Assembly (NCBI GenBank): GCA_002705795.1
Contig: PAHG01000022.1
Coordinates: 44,943 to 108,942, forward strand
Origin: Gammaproteobacteria bacterium
Lineage (GTDB): Bacteria > Pseudomonadota > Gammaproteobacteria > Pseudomonadales > Litorivicinaceae
DNA length: 64,000 bases
Direction: 5' to 3'
In this document: one piece after another, positions 52,001-61,163 of the stretch
Layout: each line of letters starts with the position of its first letter
Numbering within the stretch: position 1 is the first letter of the stretch
Notes under the pieces: model-generated
The model's input: the letters and a program-made list of their open reading frames with translations, nothing else
Databases searched by the model: none
What the model was told of the DNA's origin: nothing
Position numbers and translations under genes: made by a program

Positions 52001-53121
52001 TAACCAGCTAACTCCTGAATCAACGAACGGATCGTTGCATGACGATCCGCCGTACGTAAGGCAAAGCTCCGACCCAATTGCAGCAATGGTTGGTCAGAGC
52101 GAAACACGTTTGAAAAAAGGCCCATCACCATGGCAACAGTCCGCTGCTCAAAACGACGTTCTCGAACGACGGTTCGCGCAATCCGAGAACCCCGGGCGCA
52201 CGGATGCTTTTCGAGCGTCTGCTTGAGAGCAATCACATCTCCAAACCCCAGATTCGCTCCGAGTCCTGCCAGCGGTAAAATACCATGTGCCGTATCGCCA
52301 ATGGCTAACAAACATCCTAAAGAATCGCGCTTCAAAGACTGCTGAGACAGCGGGATCCAAATCGGCTCATTCACAAATCCTAATGCTCCACGAGCCCACT
52401 CACTGATCCGACTAATCCTTAAAGCAAGCCCGTCAATAGCGCATTCTTGGAGTTCAGATGCAGTCTCCAAATCCAACGACCAAACCAAACTCACACGATG
52501 TTCATTATCGTGATCTGGCAAAGGGAGAAGTGCGAGCGGCCCATATTCGGTGAAAATTTGAAATGCTTCGCCATGATGTGGCTGTTTGCACTTCAATGTT
52601 CCAACGACTGCCCGCTGTCGATATCCACCGTCGATAACTTCAAACCCTGAAGCTATAGCAGTTTGCGCCTGCCTACCCTCTGCAAAGATCACCAAATCAG
52701 CCTCAGCTTGATCATGCTGTAGCTTCAAAATGCCGCTCTCAGAAACCGACACGACTCGGTCAGGAATGCAGCGAATATTTGATTCCGCAACATGGGACAA
52801 CAAACGATTACGGACCCAATCTGCTTCGACTAGATGACCAAGCGACGGCTCCGAAAAAGTCACCTTGGCATCACTGCGCGAGTCAATTACATACATCGAT
52901 TGATACGGAATAACCCGTTCATCAGGACTCCATGCGCCAAGGTCTTCCAACAAAGCTGTTGATTGACCGCCCAACGCCCAAACCCTCGGATCGATTTCAT
53001 CTGCCAAGGATTTCTGATCAAATCCATGGGGATCAAAAATAGTGACTGAGTGCCCAGCTCGCTGACACACCAAAGCAGCCGCCAATCCAATTGAACCCGC
53101 GCCGATAATTGCTGTTTTCAA
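52000..53121 (-). CDS. ubiI: UbiH/UbiF/VisC/COQ6-family FAD monooxygenase (UbiI/VisC position)
   Basis: GxGxxG (IIGAGSIGLAAA) and GD..H...P..G.G.N.G motifs. It is the second of the tandem pair after pepP-ubiH. Confidence 0.75.
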   Translation of the reverse strand: MKTAIIGAGSIGLAAALVCQRAGHSVTIFDPHGFDQKSLADEIDPRVWALGGQSTALLEDLGAWSPDERVIPYQSMYVIDSRSDAKVTFSEPSLGHLVEADWVRNRLLSHVAESNIRCIPDRVVSVSESGILKLQHDQAEADLVIFAEGRQAQTAIASGFEVIDGGYRQRAVVGTLKCKQPHHGEAFQIFTEYGPLALLPLPDHDNEHRVSLVWSLDLETASELQECAIDGLALRISRISEWARGALGFVNEPIWIPLSQQSLKRDSLGCLLAIGDTAHGILPLAGLGANLGFGDVIALKQTLEKHPCARGSRIARTVVRERRFEQRTVAMVMGLFSNVFRSDQPLLQLGRSFALRTADRHATIRSLIQELAG

Positions 53122-54221
53122 GAGACTATCCCCATGCCAGCTTCTGCAATTTTAGTCTTCAGCCACGGACTCTGATCGGCAACTGCCATTCCAAGACTCG
53201 TCAGGATTTTCCTCGGTAATACGTCACGATCAAACAATGCCTCTAAACTCGATGAGGCCAATCGAGTTTTATCTCGATTCGGCCTCCAATTGGCAAATGC
53301 AGTTCGCACAGCTGTATCAGGATCTGACTGCTTCAGTTCAGCCGTAATTTGTGTGACTCCACGGAGCGCCAAATTAAGGCCCTGGCCTGCAACAGGATGA
53401 ATCGTCTGCGCACCGTTACCAATCAACACAACGCCTGGCCGATAAGGTTGATCGGTCCATCGTTCCACCAGCGGAATCACTACAGGATCCGCAATAAGTT
53501 CGATGGACCCGAGTTCTCGAGGCATAGCATCTTTCAGTGCTCCGATAAGTTCAGAAGGAGATTGCTGTAATTGCCCAGCATGATTTGGGCTGAGTGACCA
53601 GACAAATCCGTACACATCCTCTTCAACAGGTAGAATCGCCAAAGGGCCTGTGCCAATAAAGCGTTCATACGCCCTACCTTTCATCGGGGTAATGACACGG
53701 AGGCGCCCCAGAATTGCAGAGCGCCCAAAGGGTCTGTGATGCGCCATCATCCCTAAAGCGTGAGTCAAATGACTGCGCCCGCCATCAGCCAGAATCACTA
53801 AGTCCGCTGCCACTTCCTCACCTGTCGCCAGCCGAATATGCGGGTTCGCTTGGGCACTCCGCGCCCGAATCGTCTCAACAGCAACCGTTTCAACACACTC
53901 TGATACATGCAACGACACAGCCTCTTCTAGCGCTTGAGAACAGATGACTCGCCCAAAACGCGGATATCCGCACTCTGATGCGTGCAACAACATCGAGCCA
54001 GGTAATCCTTTCTCGTTCACAAAAATTTCAGTAAGGTCTTGGCCTGCTTCAAGCTCGACCCCGATACAGTCCAGAAGGCGTAACGTGGACTCGGCCAGCG
54101 CTAGGGACATTTTTGGCTTATTGGTTGATGGATCGAACAGGCGTACTCGATGACCGGCTGTTGACAGTGCGCGCGCGGCGATCAAGCCAATGGGTCCGCC
54201 ACCGACGATACTAATCTCCAC
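53118..54221 (-). CDS. ubiH: 2-octaprenyl-6-methoxyphenol hydroxylase (UbiH position)
   Basis: FAD fingerprint (IVGGGPIGLIAA) and G..A..IHPVAGQG.NL motif. It sits in pepP-ubiH synteny. Confidence 0.78.
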   Translation of the reverse strand: MEISIVGGGPIGLIAARALSTAGHRVRLFDPSTNKPKMSLALAESTLRLLDCIGVELEAGQDLTEIFVNEKGLPGSMLLHASECGYPRFGRVICSQALEEAVSLHVSECVETVAVETIRARSAQANPHIRLATGEEVAADLVILADGGRSHLTHALGMMAHHRPFGRSAILGRLRVITPMKGRAYERFIGTGPLAILPVEEDVYGFVWSLSPNHAGQLQQSPSELIGALKDAMPRELGSIELIADPVVIPLVERWTDQPYRPGVVLIGNGAQTIHPVAGQGLNLALRGVTQITAELKQSDPDTAVRTAFANWRPNRDKTRLASSSLEALFDRDVLPRKILTSLGMAVADQSPWLKTKIAEAGMGIVS

Positions 54222-54223
54222 AA

Positions 54224-55528
54224 TTAGCCTCGCATCAGGGCTTCAATATCTGCCCGCTCCTTGGGCACCTGCGATGTCAAAATGTCGGGCCCTCGTTTTG
54301 TGATTAAGACGTCATCTTCGATTCGAATACCAACACCACGATACGTTGCTGGAGCACCAGCTAGTTTACTGATATAGATACCTGGCTCGCATGTAATGAC
54401 CATGCCTTCAGCGAGCTCAATAGGCTGGCCACTATCCTCGTAGGCACCAACATCATGTACATCGAGACCCAAGAAATGGCCGGTTCCATGCATGTAGTAA
54501 GGAAGATATCGCTTGTCATCAAGCGCAGCCTCAAGTGGACCCTCGATGATTTTCAGCTCAATTAGCCCCTCGGTCAGTCGCCTTATCGCTGCTTCATGGA
54601 AGAGCTTAATTGACTTCCCAACAACCATCGCCTGAATGGCCTCAGCCTGGGCACTCAACACCAGGTCATATAAGTCGGCTTGAGCGCCAGTAAATGAGCC
54701 ATTGACCGGGAATGTGCGTGTGATATCACCCGCGTATCCCTGGATTTCGCAACCAGCATCAATCAGCACCAAATCGCCAGAATGTAACCGATCATTTCGA
54801 TCGATATAGTGAAGAATACATGCATTGTCACCACCGCCAACAATCGTCTGATAAGCGACCGCTGCTGATCCCTCCATACGGAAGCAGTGTTCAACGACGG
54901 ATGCCAATTGATCTTCTGTCATGCCCGGCTCGCAGGCCTGCATTGCGGCGACATGACCTAATGCAGAGATCCGGCCCGCTTCGCGCATGGCATCGACCTC
55001 TTCAGGCGATTTAATCAAACGCGCTTGGTGCAAGTGGCGCGATAAATCGACGCGATGGGATAACAAATCCTGGCGCCTTGAATTGCCTGCTTTGGGCCTG
55101 ATCGTACGGTCAACAATCTCTGAAGATCTCTGGCAATAAAATGGATACTCGACCCAGGCAACATCAGCCAATAGCCGCCCAAGCTCAGAATCAAGGGCCT
55201 CGATCGGAAAACCCTCATCAATACCTAAATGTGTTTTCACATGTTCAGGGCCGAGTCGCCGGCCTGTCCATACCTCTTGGTCAGGATTTTTTGGCCGTAC
55301 AAATAATCGATCCGGGTGACCAGGGCCGATCACAAGTACTGCGTCTGGCTCAGTAAATCCGGTGAGATACCAAAAATCACTCGACTGTCTAAACGGGTAC
55401 TCAGCATCGCGATTACGGATGACTTCGTGGGCAGCAGAAATAATAGCCAGCGATTTGTCTGGCATCAGCGCCTTTAGCCGGCTTCGGCGTTCCTCATAGA
55501 CATGCAAAGAAAACATGGACGTACTCAC
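54224..55528 (-). CDS. pepP: Xaa-Pro aminopeptidase
   Basis: AMP_N domain plus the M24 pita-bread motifs (DAGCE..GYAGDITRT, HGTGHFLGLDVHD, EPG.Y, IRIED). Confidence 0.92.
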   Translation of the reverse strand: MSTSMFSLHVYEERRSRLKALMPDKSLAIISAAHEVIRNRDAEYPFRQSSDFWYLTGFTEPDAVLVIGPGHPDRLFVRPKNPDQEVWTGRRLGPEHVKTHLGIDEGFPIEALDSELGRLLADVAWVEYPFYCQRSSEIVDRTIRPKAGNSRRQDLLSHRVDLSRHLHQARLIKSPEEVDAMREAGRISALGHVAAMQACEPGMTEDQLASVVEHCFRMEGSAAVAYQTIVGGGDNACILHYIDRNDRLHSGDLVLIDAGCEIQGYAGDITRTFPVNGSFTGAQADLYDLVLSAQAEAIQAMVVGKSIKLFHEAAIRRLTEGLIELKIIEGPLEAALDDKRYLPYYMHGTGHFLGLDVHDVGAYEDSGQPIELAEGMVITCEPGIYISKLAGAPATYRGVGIRIEDDVLITKRGPDILTSQVPKERADIEALMRG

Positions 55529-56092
55529 TTAATGCACGATTGGCTCATTTGGCGCTTCATTTTGATCACCACGCAATTCGGTTGCGATTAACAATGCCGC
55601 CAGTCTCACGTGTTCACTGACGTCGGCGAACGCTTTTTCAAGGGACTCGTCATCACCATCGGCTTCAATCCGCGCGATCTCAGATAAATCTTCCAATGCT
55701 TGACGAACGTCTTCAGAGAGCTTTCTATCTTTAGAGAGTTCACCAGACAGACCCAGGCCTGCTAAAAACGATTCACACCACGCTCCGAGCGCATCAGCTC
55801 GTTCTTCAATAAATTCATCGTCTTCAGGCAGCAACATTTCAAAATCCAAACCGATGCCTATCCAACTCTCATGGAGACTTCCAAAAAGCGTCTCTAGCAT
55901 TTCTGTAATTTGAATGATTACCCCCGGTTGGAGATCAGCATATTCGGCCAGTCGAGCCACATATTCTTCAGGTCGAACTTGGATATTGGCTGCCATTAGG
56001 CCGGCTAAAAGGCCTTGGACCGCTGAGGCGCGGATATCGGAGTTTTGGTCGACTAACCAATCGTCCATGGAACGATATAATTCTGCGATCAT
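55529..56092 (-). CDS. ygfB: UPF0149 family protein YgfB
   Basis: Acidic 187-aa protein with a YgfB pattern (..GLL.G........W...), upstream of pepP as in E. coli. Confidence 0.7.
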   Translation of the reverse strand: MIAELYRSMDDWLVDQNSDIRASAVQGLLAGLMAANIQVRPEEYVARLAEYADLQPGVIIQITEMLETLFGSLHESWIGIGLDFEMLLPEDDEFIEERADALGAWCESFLAGLGLSGELSKDRKLSEDVRQALEDLSEIARIEADGDDESLEKAFADVSEHVRLAALLIATELRGDQNEAPNEPIVH

Positions 56093-56180
56093 TGTATACC
56101 TCCTAATTATAACTGTATCACGTCTGTTGTGCCTGAGAGTGAGCAGACGTATGATGCACTGGTGTTAATGGGAATCCTAA

Positions 56181-56387
56181 ATGCGTAATGATTTTCATGA
56201 GTTGGAACAGCAAGTTGAGAAACTGATCCAACTTACTGACCGTCTCAATCAAGAGAATCGCCATTTGCGGAAGCAGCAGGTGCAACTAAAGCGTGCGCGC
56301 GCTGAACTGTTGAAACAACGCGACGAGGCACGTCAACATATCGATTCTGTCCTTGGACGACTCAGGAACTATGAGGTGTTGTCATGA
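56181..56387 (+). CDS. Small coiled-coil protein upstream of zapA (ZapB-like/TIGR02449-like)
   Basis: 68 aa with heptad-rich sequence (LEQQVEKLIQLTDRLNQENRHLRKQQVQLKRARAELLKQRDEA). It overlaps zapA by 4 nt. Confidence 0.6.
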   Translation: MRNDFHELEQQVEKLIQLTDRLNQENRHLRKQQVQLKRARAELLKQRDEARQHIDSVLGRLRNYEVLS

Positions 56388-56680
56388 CAGAGATCGCAAC
56401 CCTTCGCGTTCAAATCCTTGGGAGAGAATTCCCAGTTACATGCCCAGAGGGCCAAGAACATGAGTTGGAAGCGGCTGCTGAGTTTGTCGATAATCGGATG
56501 CGCGAGATTCAAGAAAAGACCGGTAATAGCGCTCTCGAGCGTTTGGCTGTTATGGCTGCGCTCAATATCGCTCATGAACACCTCACGGGCGAGATCACAG
56601 GACATGACGATGAACTCAAGCGCCTGGCCGAACGAATACGTGCAACGCTAGACCGTCTGTCTGAGACTGAGGCAGGCTGA
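56384..56680 (+). CDS. zapA: Cell division protein ZapA
   Basis: 98 aa, V.ILGREF.V.CPEG.E..L..AA..V...M.EI......S.ERLAVMAALN consensus. Confidence 0.88.
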   Translation: MTEIATLRVQILGREFPVTCPEGQEHELEAAAEFVDNRMREIQEKTGNSALERLAVMAALNIAHEHLTGEITGHDDELKRLAERIRATLDRLSETEAG

Positions 56681-56689
56681 TATACTCTA

Positions 56690-56862
56690 TTACCCTGGGT
56701 TGCTCGCCAGTCGGTAATGTCCCTGAGCCGATAATCTTATTTCAGGGAAGCACAGAGCACACGGTGTGCATGTCCGTTCAAGGAAAGCCTAATGTGTGTT
56801 TGCGTTTCCCGCCTTGAACCATTGGGTTCAAGGGCTAAACCGACAGCGGCAACTTGGGTCCT
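56690..56862 (+). ncRNA. ssrS: 6S RNA
   Basis: It lies between zapA and the 5-FCL gene, as in E. coli and Pseudomonas. Conserved blocks are present: CCCTGAGCCGATA and CCTTGAACC-attg-GGTTCAAGG. A closing stem forms between 5' CCC..GTTGC and 3' GCAAC..GGG. Ends are approximate. Confidence 0.85.
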
Positions 56863-56864
56863 TT

Positions 56865-57419
56865 ATGTCTAAAGATATGATCAGAGCGCAACTACTTGAA
56901 GCTCGCGACAGTCTCCCGGCCGACACACGAGAAAAATTGAGCATATCGATCAGTAATCAATTGCTGAAGACACTTCCTAATAATCCCATCCGGATCGGCT
57001 CGTATATGGCGATCGGCTCTGAGGTCAATCTTGCATTACTACACACACAACTGCTGCGGCTACCGCACCGACTGTACATTCCTCGGATACTTTCAAAAAC
57101 AGAGATGGAAATGGCGACACTCGATCACGAGGGACAACTGGTAGACGGAGCCCATGGCATTCAAACCTCGTCACAGGAAGAAATCATCAGTTTTGACGCC
57201 CTGGATTGGCTAATCATGCCATGCAGTGGATTTGATATACGGGGGTATCGCTTAGGAATGGGTGGAGGCTACTACGACCGAGCCCTAGAGCATTGCGGAC
57301 CAAACGCGCCGCTCAGAATCGGGGTAGCGTTCGCGCTACAGCAATCAGAATTCGAACCGGATCAGTGGGACCAGCCCTTCGATTGGATTATCACGGAGCT
57401 CGGCTTTATGCGCCGATGA
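56865..57419 (+). CDS. ygfA: 5-formyltetrahydrofolate cyclo-ligase
   Basis: 5-FCL pattern (R..LL..R..L, ..MPCSGFD..G.RLG.GGGYYDR). The start is trimmed to MSKDMIR (ATG at 56865), because the track extension (56796) would run through the 6S RNA. Confidence 0.85.
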   Translation: MSKDMIRAQLLEARDSLPADTREKLSISISNQLLKTLPNNPIRIGSYMAIGSEVNLALLHTQLLRLPHRLYIPRILSKTEMEMATLDHEGQLVDGAHGIQTSSQEEIISFDALDWLIMPCSGFDIRGYRLGMGGGYYDRALEHCGPNAPLRIGVAFALQQSEFEPDQWDQPFDWIITELGFMRR

Positions 57420-57498
57420 TTGCGCTATGCGCCAAAGTTACGGCCAAAATAAGACCGCCAACCATCATTAACATTCTCAGTGGATCGCGACGATTCAT
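57406..57498 (-). CDS. Candidate 30-aa single-TM small protein, unannotated
   Basis: My translation: MNRRDPLRMLMMVGGLILAVTLAHSAIIGA*. An AGGA lies 3 nt upstream of the ATG. The 3' end overlaps the convergent 5-FCL stop region by 14 nt. It is too short for the ORF track. Confidence 0.3.
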   Translation of the reverse strand: MNRRDPLRMLMMVGGLILAVTLAHSAIIGA

Positions 57499-57585
57499 GA
57501 ATCCTGTACCTAACCAATTCAGTGCAGAATATTATAAAAAATAAAAATGTCAATTTTTATAGTAATTTAAGGAAACTTATAAGAA

Positions 57586-59100
57586 TCAACTTTTCATAAA
57601 GAGGCTAACTGCAAGATTTTCCGTCTCATCGAAATATTTATATCCAATGTCATCAAAGTAGCTTGACAGTTCGTCACGCTCTGAAAGCAATGCCTGCATT
57701 GACACCAGCACTCGCCCATAGGCCGCACCATGGTTTCTGTAGTGGAACGCAGAGATGTTCCAACGCGAGCCGATCTTGTTCAAAAAGTTTAGAAGCGCTC
57801 CAGGCCGTTCTGGGAACTCGAAACGAAAGACTAATTCAGAGCCCGCTTCAGGGCTCCGGCCGCCAACCATATGCCGGATATGAAGCTTTGCTAGTTCGTT
57901 ATCCGTCATATCAACGACAGGGAGGCCGGCCCCATTTAGACGATCAATTAATTGCGTCCTATCGTCTGTTGTCGGGTCTGTCGTAACACCCACAAAGATG
58001 TGGGCTTGGTCTCGGTCAGCGAACCGGTAGTTGAATTCAGTAATATTTCGGTTACCTATTTGCTCACAAAATGCTTTAAAAGCGCCCGGCCGTTCGGGAA
58101 TAGTGACAGCCAAAATAGCCTCGCGCTTTTCGCCGACCTCGGCACGTTCCGCGACATGACGAATTCGATCGAAATTGACGTTGGCACCAGAGAGAACGGC
58201 GATCAGTGCATCACCAGCACCCTCCCTCTCAGCAAATTTTTTCAGCCCGGCCACCGCGAGTGCACCGGCTGGCTCGTTTACGCTACGAACATCGTCAAAT
58301 ACGTCTTTAACCGCGGCGCAGATCTCATCGGTGGTGACGGTAATTACCTCATCGCAGCAATCTTTTAAGACATTAAAAGTATTTTCGCCGATCTGCTTGA
58401 CGGCTACACCATCTGCGAATAGCCCGACTTGCGAAAGCACAACTCGCTCTTTCGCTTTCATCGCTGCATCAAGACAAGCGGCGTCTTCAGGCTCAACCCC
58501 GATGACTTTGATTTCGGGGCGAACATATTTGATGTACGCCGCCATTCCCGCCGCTAAGCCACCCCCGCCTACAGGGATGAATATCGCGTCGACTGGGCGG
58601 GTGACCTGCCGCAACAACTCGACCGCGACAGTGCCCTGACCAGCGATGACTTCAAGATCATCGAATGGGTGCAGATAGGTGTATCCATTATCCGCAACCA
58701 ATTCCTGACTTTTGGCAAAGGCCTCATCAAAGCTGTCACCGTGAAGTACCACTTGTGCACCTCGTGCTTTGACAGAGCGTACTTTGATCGCCGGCGTTGT
58801 CGTTGGCATCACAATGACCGCGGGGATTTTTAATTTTTGAGCCCCCAAGGCAACGCCTTGAGCGTGATTGCCAGCCGATGCAGCGATGACCCCCTTCGCG
58901 AGAACTTCTCCAGAAATACCTGCCATCTTGTTGTACGCACCCCGGCACTTAAACGAGTACACAGGCTGCAAATCTTCACGTTTCAGAAGAATGGGGCGAC
59001 CGAGCCGCTTTGATAAAAAAGGTGCCGGGTGGACAGGGGTTTCCGTCGCGACATCATAAACGCGCGCTGACAGAATTTTTTTAATTAGGGCGTCAAACAT
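57586..59100 (-). CDS. ilvA: Biosynthetic threonine ammonia-lyase (threonine dehydratase)
   Basis: PLP lysine motif (YSFKCRGAYN) and two C-terminal ACT-like regulatory repeats. The start is trimmed to MFDALIKKIL (ATG at 59100). Confidence 0.92.
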   Translation of the reverse strand: MFDALIKKILSARVYDVATETPVHPAPFLSKRLGRPILLKREDLQPVYSFKCRGAYNKMAGISGEVLAKGVIAASAGNHAQGVALGAQKLKIPAVIVMPTTTPAIKVRSVKARGAQVVLHGDSFDEAFAKSQELVADNGYTYLHPFDDLEVIAGQGTVAVELLRQVTRPVDAIFIPVGGGGLAAGMAAYIKYVRPEIKVIGVEPEDAACLDAAMKAKERVVLSQVGLFADGVAVKQIGENTFNVLKDCCDEVITVTTDEICAAVKDVFDDVRSVNEPAGALAVAGLKKFAEREGAGDALIAVLSGANVNFDRIRHVAERAEVGEKREAILAVTIPERPGAFKAFCEQIGNRNITEFNYRFADRDQAHIFVGVTTDPTTDDRTQLIDRLNGAGLPVVDMTDNELAKLHIRHMVGGRSPEAGSELVFRFEFPERPGALLNFLNKIGSRWNISAFHYRNHGAAYGRVLVSMQALLSERDELSSYFDDIGYKYFDETENLAVSLFMKS

Positions 59101-59182
59101 GAGATTTCCAAATCGAAGCCAAATATCATAGCGTCTGCGACTGCCAACAGCTATTATTTTGCCCCGTTTTATGGAGAGCACG

Positions 59183-59851
59183 ATGAGTCAGGATGCGAAA
59201 AAACGCCGGGTGGCCGAGGCAGCTTTTGAAAAAGTCAGGCACCTTATTGATTCTGAAACACCAATTGGGATCGGCACAGGCTCGACCGCTAACTGCTTTA
59301 TCGATGTGCTGGCCGAAAGCAAAATCCAAGTCCTGGGAGCAGTCGCATCATCTGAAGCGACCGCAGAGCGGCTAGAACATTACGGTATTGCACTACTCGA
59401 TCTGAACGCGACCGGAACGTTACCCGTATATGTTGACGGGGCGGACGAGGCAGACACAAATCTGAACCTGATCAAGGGCGGTGGCGCGGCGCTGACACGC
59501 GAAAAAATTATCGCAGAGGCATCCGCACAATTTGTTTGCATCGCTGATGACTCTAAATATGTCGACTTGCTCGGCAGGTTCCCGCTGCCAGTTGAAGTAA
59601 TACCACTAGCAAGAAGCTTGGTTGGCCGCGCTTTGGTTGAGCTTGGCGGCGATCCAGAGTATCGCCAAGGCATCGTTACTGATAACGGCAACCTCATTTT
59701 GGACGTGCATGGTATGTGCATAAACGACCCAAAATCATTAGAGCTAGCGATCAATCAAATCCCGGGCGTTGTAACCTGTGGTTTATTTGCGAAACGCCCT
59801 GCTGACGTTTTGTTATTGGCTTCCGACAAAGACATTCTTGAATTCTCATGA
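59183..59851 (+). CDS. rpiA: Ribose-5-phosphate isomerase A
   Basis: K..AA..A......IG.GTGST, DGADE and [11 protein letters not shown] motifs. The ATG at 59183 is preceded by GGAGAG. Confidence 0.92.
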   Translation: MSQDAKKRRVAEAAFEKVRHLIDSETPIGIGTGSTANCFIDVLAESKIQVLGAVASSEATAERLEHYGIALLDLNATGTLPVYVDGADEADTNLNLIKGGGAALTREKIIAEASAQFVCIADDSKYVDLLGRFPLPVEVIPLARSLVGRALVELGGDPEYRQGIVTDNGNLILDVHGMCINDPKSLELAINQIPGVVTCGLFAKRPADVLLLASDKDILEFS

Positions 59852-61086
59852 GACGATTAATGACCACTTCGTTCGATAAATCGAAGCTTAAAGTGCTTTT
59901 ACTTGAAGGCATCCACCCGTCTGGAGAACGTATCTTCCGGGAAGCAGGTTATCAGAATACTGAGACCGTTAAGACCGCTCTGACCGGCGACGAACTGAAA
60001 GCGAAGCTTCAAGGGGTTCATTTTTTGGGCATTCGATCCCGAACTACTCTGACTCAAGATATTTTCGAGGTGGCCGACAAACTCGTTGCTGTGGGGTGTT
60101 ACTGCATTGGGACCAACCAGGTGGATCTCGCAGCGGCAACAGCACATGGCGTTGCTGTTTTTAACGCGCCGTACTCGAATACGCGTTCAGTCGCTGAGCT
60201 GGTTCTAGCAGAGGCGATTCTGCTACTCCGTGGGATTCCAGAAAAGTCGGCACAAGCCCATCGCGGTGGCTGGGCTAAGACTGCGAATGATTCATTCGAG
60301 ATTCGCGGCAAAACACTCGGCATCGTGGGTTATGGTTCGATTGGTTCACAGTTGTCAGTGCTCGCCGAGAGTCTCGGGATGCGCGTGATTTTTTATGATG
60401 TGGTCTCAAAGCTTCCGCTCGGTAACGCGTCACAGATTCCATCCCTCGAGGAATTGCTTGGTCAGGCAGATGTCGTGACACTTCACGTACCAGATCTCCC
60501 ATCAACACGTAATTTAATCGACCAAGAGCGTATCAGCCAGATGAAGCCAAAGAGCGTTCTAATCAACGCGTCACGTGGCACGGTAGTCGATATCGACGCA
60601 TTGACGAAAGCGCTCGAAGAGAAGTATCTCCTTGGTACAGCTATTGATGTGTTCCCAATGGAGCCTAAGTCGAACAACGATGAGTTCATCTCACCATTAC
60701 GCGGTTTTGATAATGCGATCCTGACGCCACACATCGGGGGATCGACGCAAGAAGCTCAAGAAAACATCGGTGTAGAAGTGGCTGAGAAGCTGGTTCGTTA
60801 CTCAGATAACGGCTCAACACTCACGAGTGTAAACTTCCCGGAGGTTGCTTTACCCCCTCACCCAAACCATCACAGATTATTGCATGTGCATGAAAATCGC
60901 CCCGGCGTGCTCTCTGCAATCAACTCGATTTTTGCTGAGAATCGCATCAACATCGGGTCTCAATTCCTGCAGACATCAGACAAAATTGGCTATGTCGTGA
61001 TCGACATTGATCGGGACTACTCCGACGTAGCACTCAAAAAATTAACCGAAATCAACGGAACAATTCGCTGCCGCGTTTTGTTTTGA
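59848..61086 (+). CDS. serA: D-3-phosphoglycerate dehydrogenase with C-terminal ACT domain
   Basis: 2-hydroxyacid dehydrogenase NAD motif ([12 protein letters not shown]), the catalytic R/E/H pattern and an ACT domain. Its ATG overlaps the rpiA stop as ATGA; the alternative start is at 59860. Confidence 0.9.
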   Translation: MRRLMTTSFDKSKLKVLLLEGIHPSGERIFREAGYQNTETVKTALTGDELKAKLQGVHFLGIRSRTTLTQDIFEVADKLVAVGCYCIGTNQVDLAAATAHGVAVFNAPYSNTRSVAELVLAEAILLLRGIPEKSAQAHRGGWAKTANDSFEIRGKTLGIVGYGSIGSQLSVLAESLGMRVIFYDVVSKLPLGNASQIPSLEELLGQADVVTLHVPDLPSTRNLIDQERISQMKPKSVLINASRGTVVDIDALTKALEEKYLLGTAIDVFPMEPKSNNDEFISPLRGFDNAILTPHIGGSTQEAQENIGVEVAEKLVRYSDNGSTLTSVNFPEVALPPHPNHHRLLHVHENRPGVLSAINSIFAENRINIGSQFLQTSDKIGYVVIDIDRDYSDVALKKLTEINGTIRCRVLF

Positions 61087-61090
61087 TATG

Positions 61091-61111
61091 TTGAGGCCGA
61101 ATCAACCTCAA
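61091..61111. terminator. Hairpin between convergent serA and fba
   Basis: TTGAGG-(9 nt)-CCTCAA followed by ...GATTTATT on the plus strand. The stem is short. Confidence 0.3.
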
Positions 61112-61163
61112 TGCTCGATTTATTAACCGATTGGTGAGCCATTGACTCTTCTCTGGTTTGCGT

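Noticed and set aside
56796-56864. N-terminal extension of the 5-formyl-THF cyclo-ligase ORF.
   Set aside because: It would translate through the 3' half of the 6S RNA. The family N-terminus (MSKDMIRAQLL..R) starts at 56865.
57293-57544. An 83-aa plus-strand ORF spanning the end of ygfA and the AT-rich spacer.
   Set aside because: It is out of frame with the conserved 5-FCL C-terminus, has no Shine-Dalgarno and has an odd composition. The only element I kept from this spacer is the short minus-strand hydrophobic ORF, at low confidence.
57520-57560. A TTGACA hexamer and TATAAT-like strings (minus strand) upstream of the 30-aa ORF, considered as its promoter.
   Set aside because: The spacing between TTGACA and the best TATAAT is only about 11 nt, which is incompatible with a sigma70 promoter. 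In such AT-rich sequence these hexamers are expected by chance.
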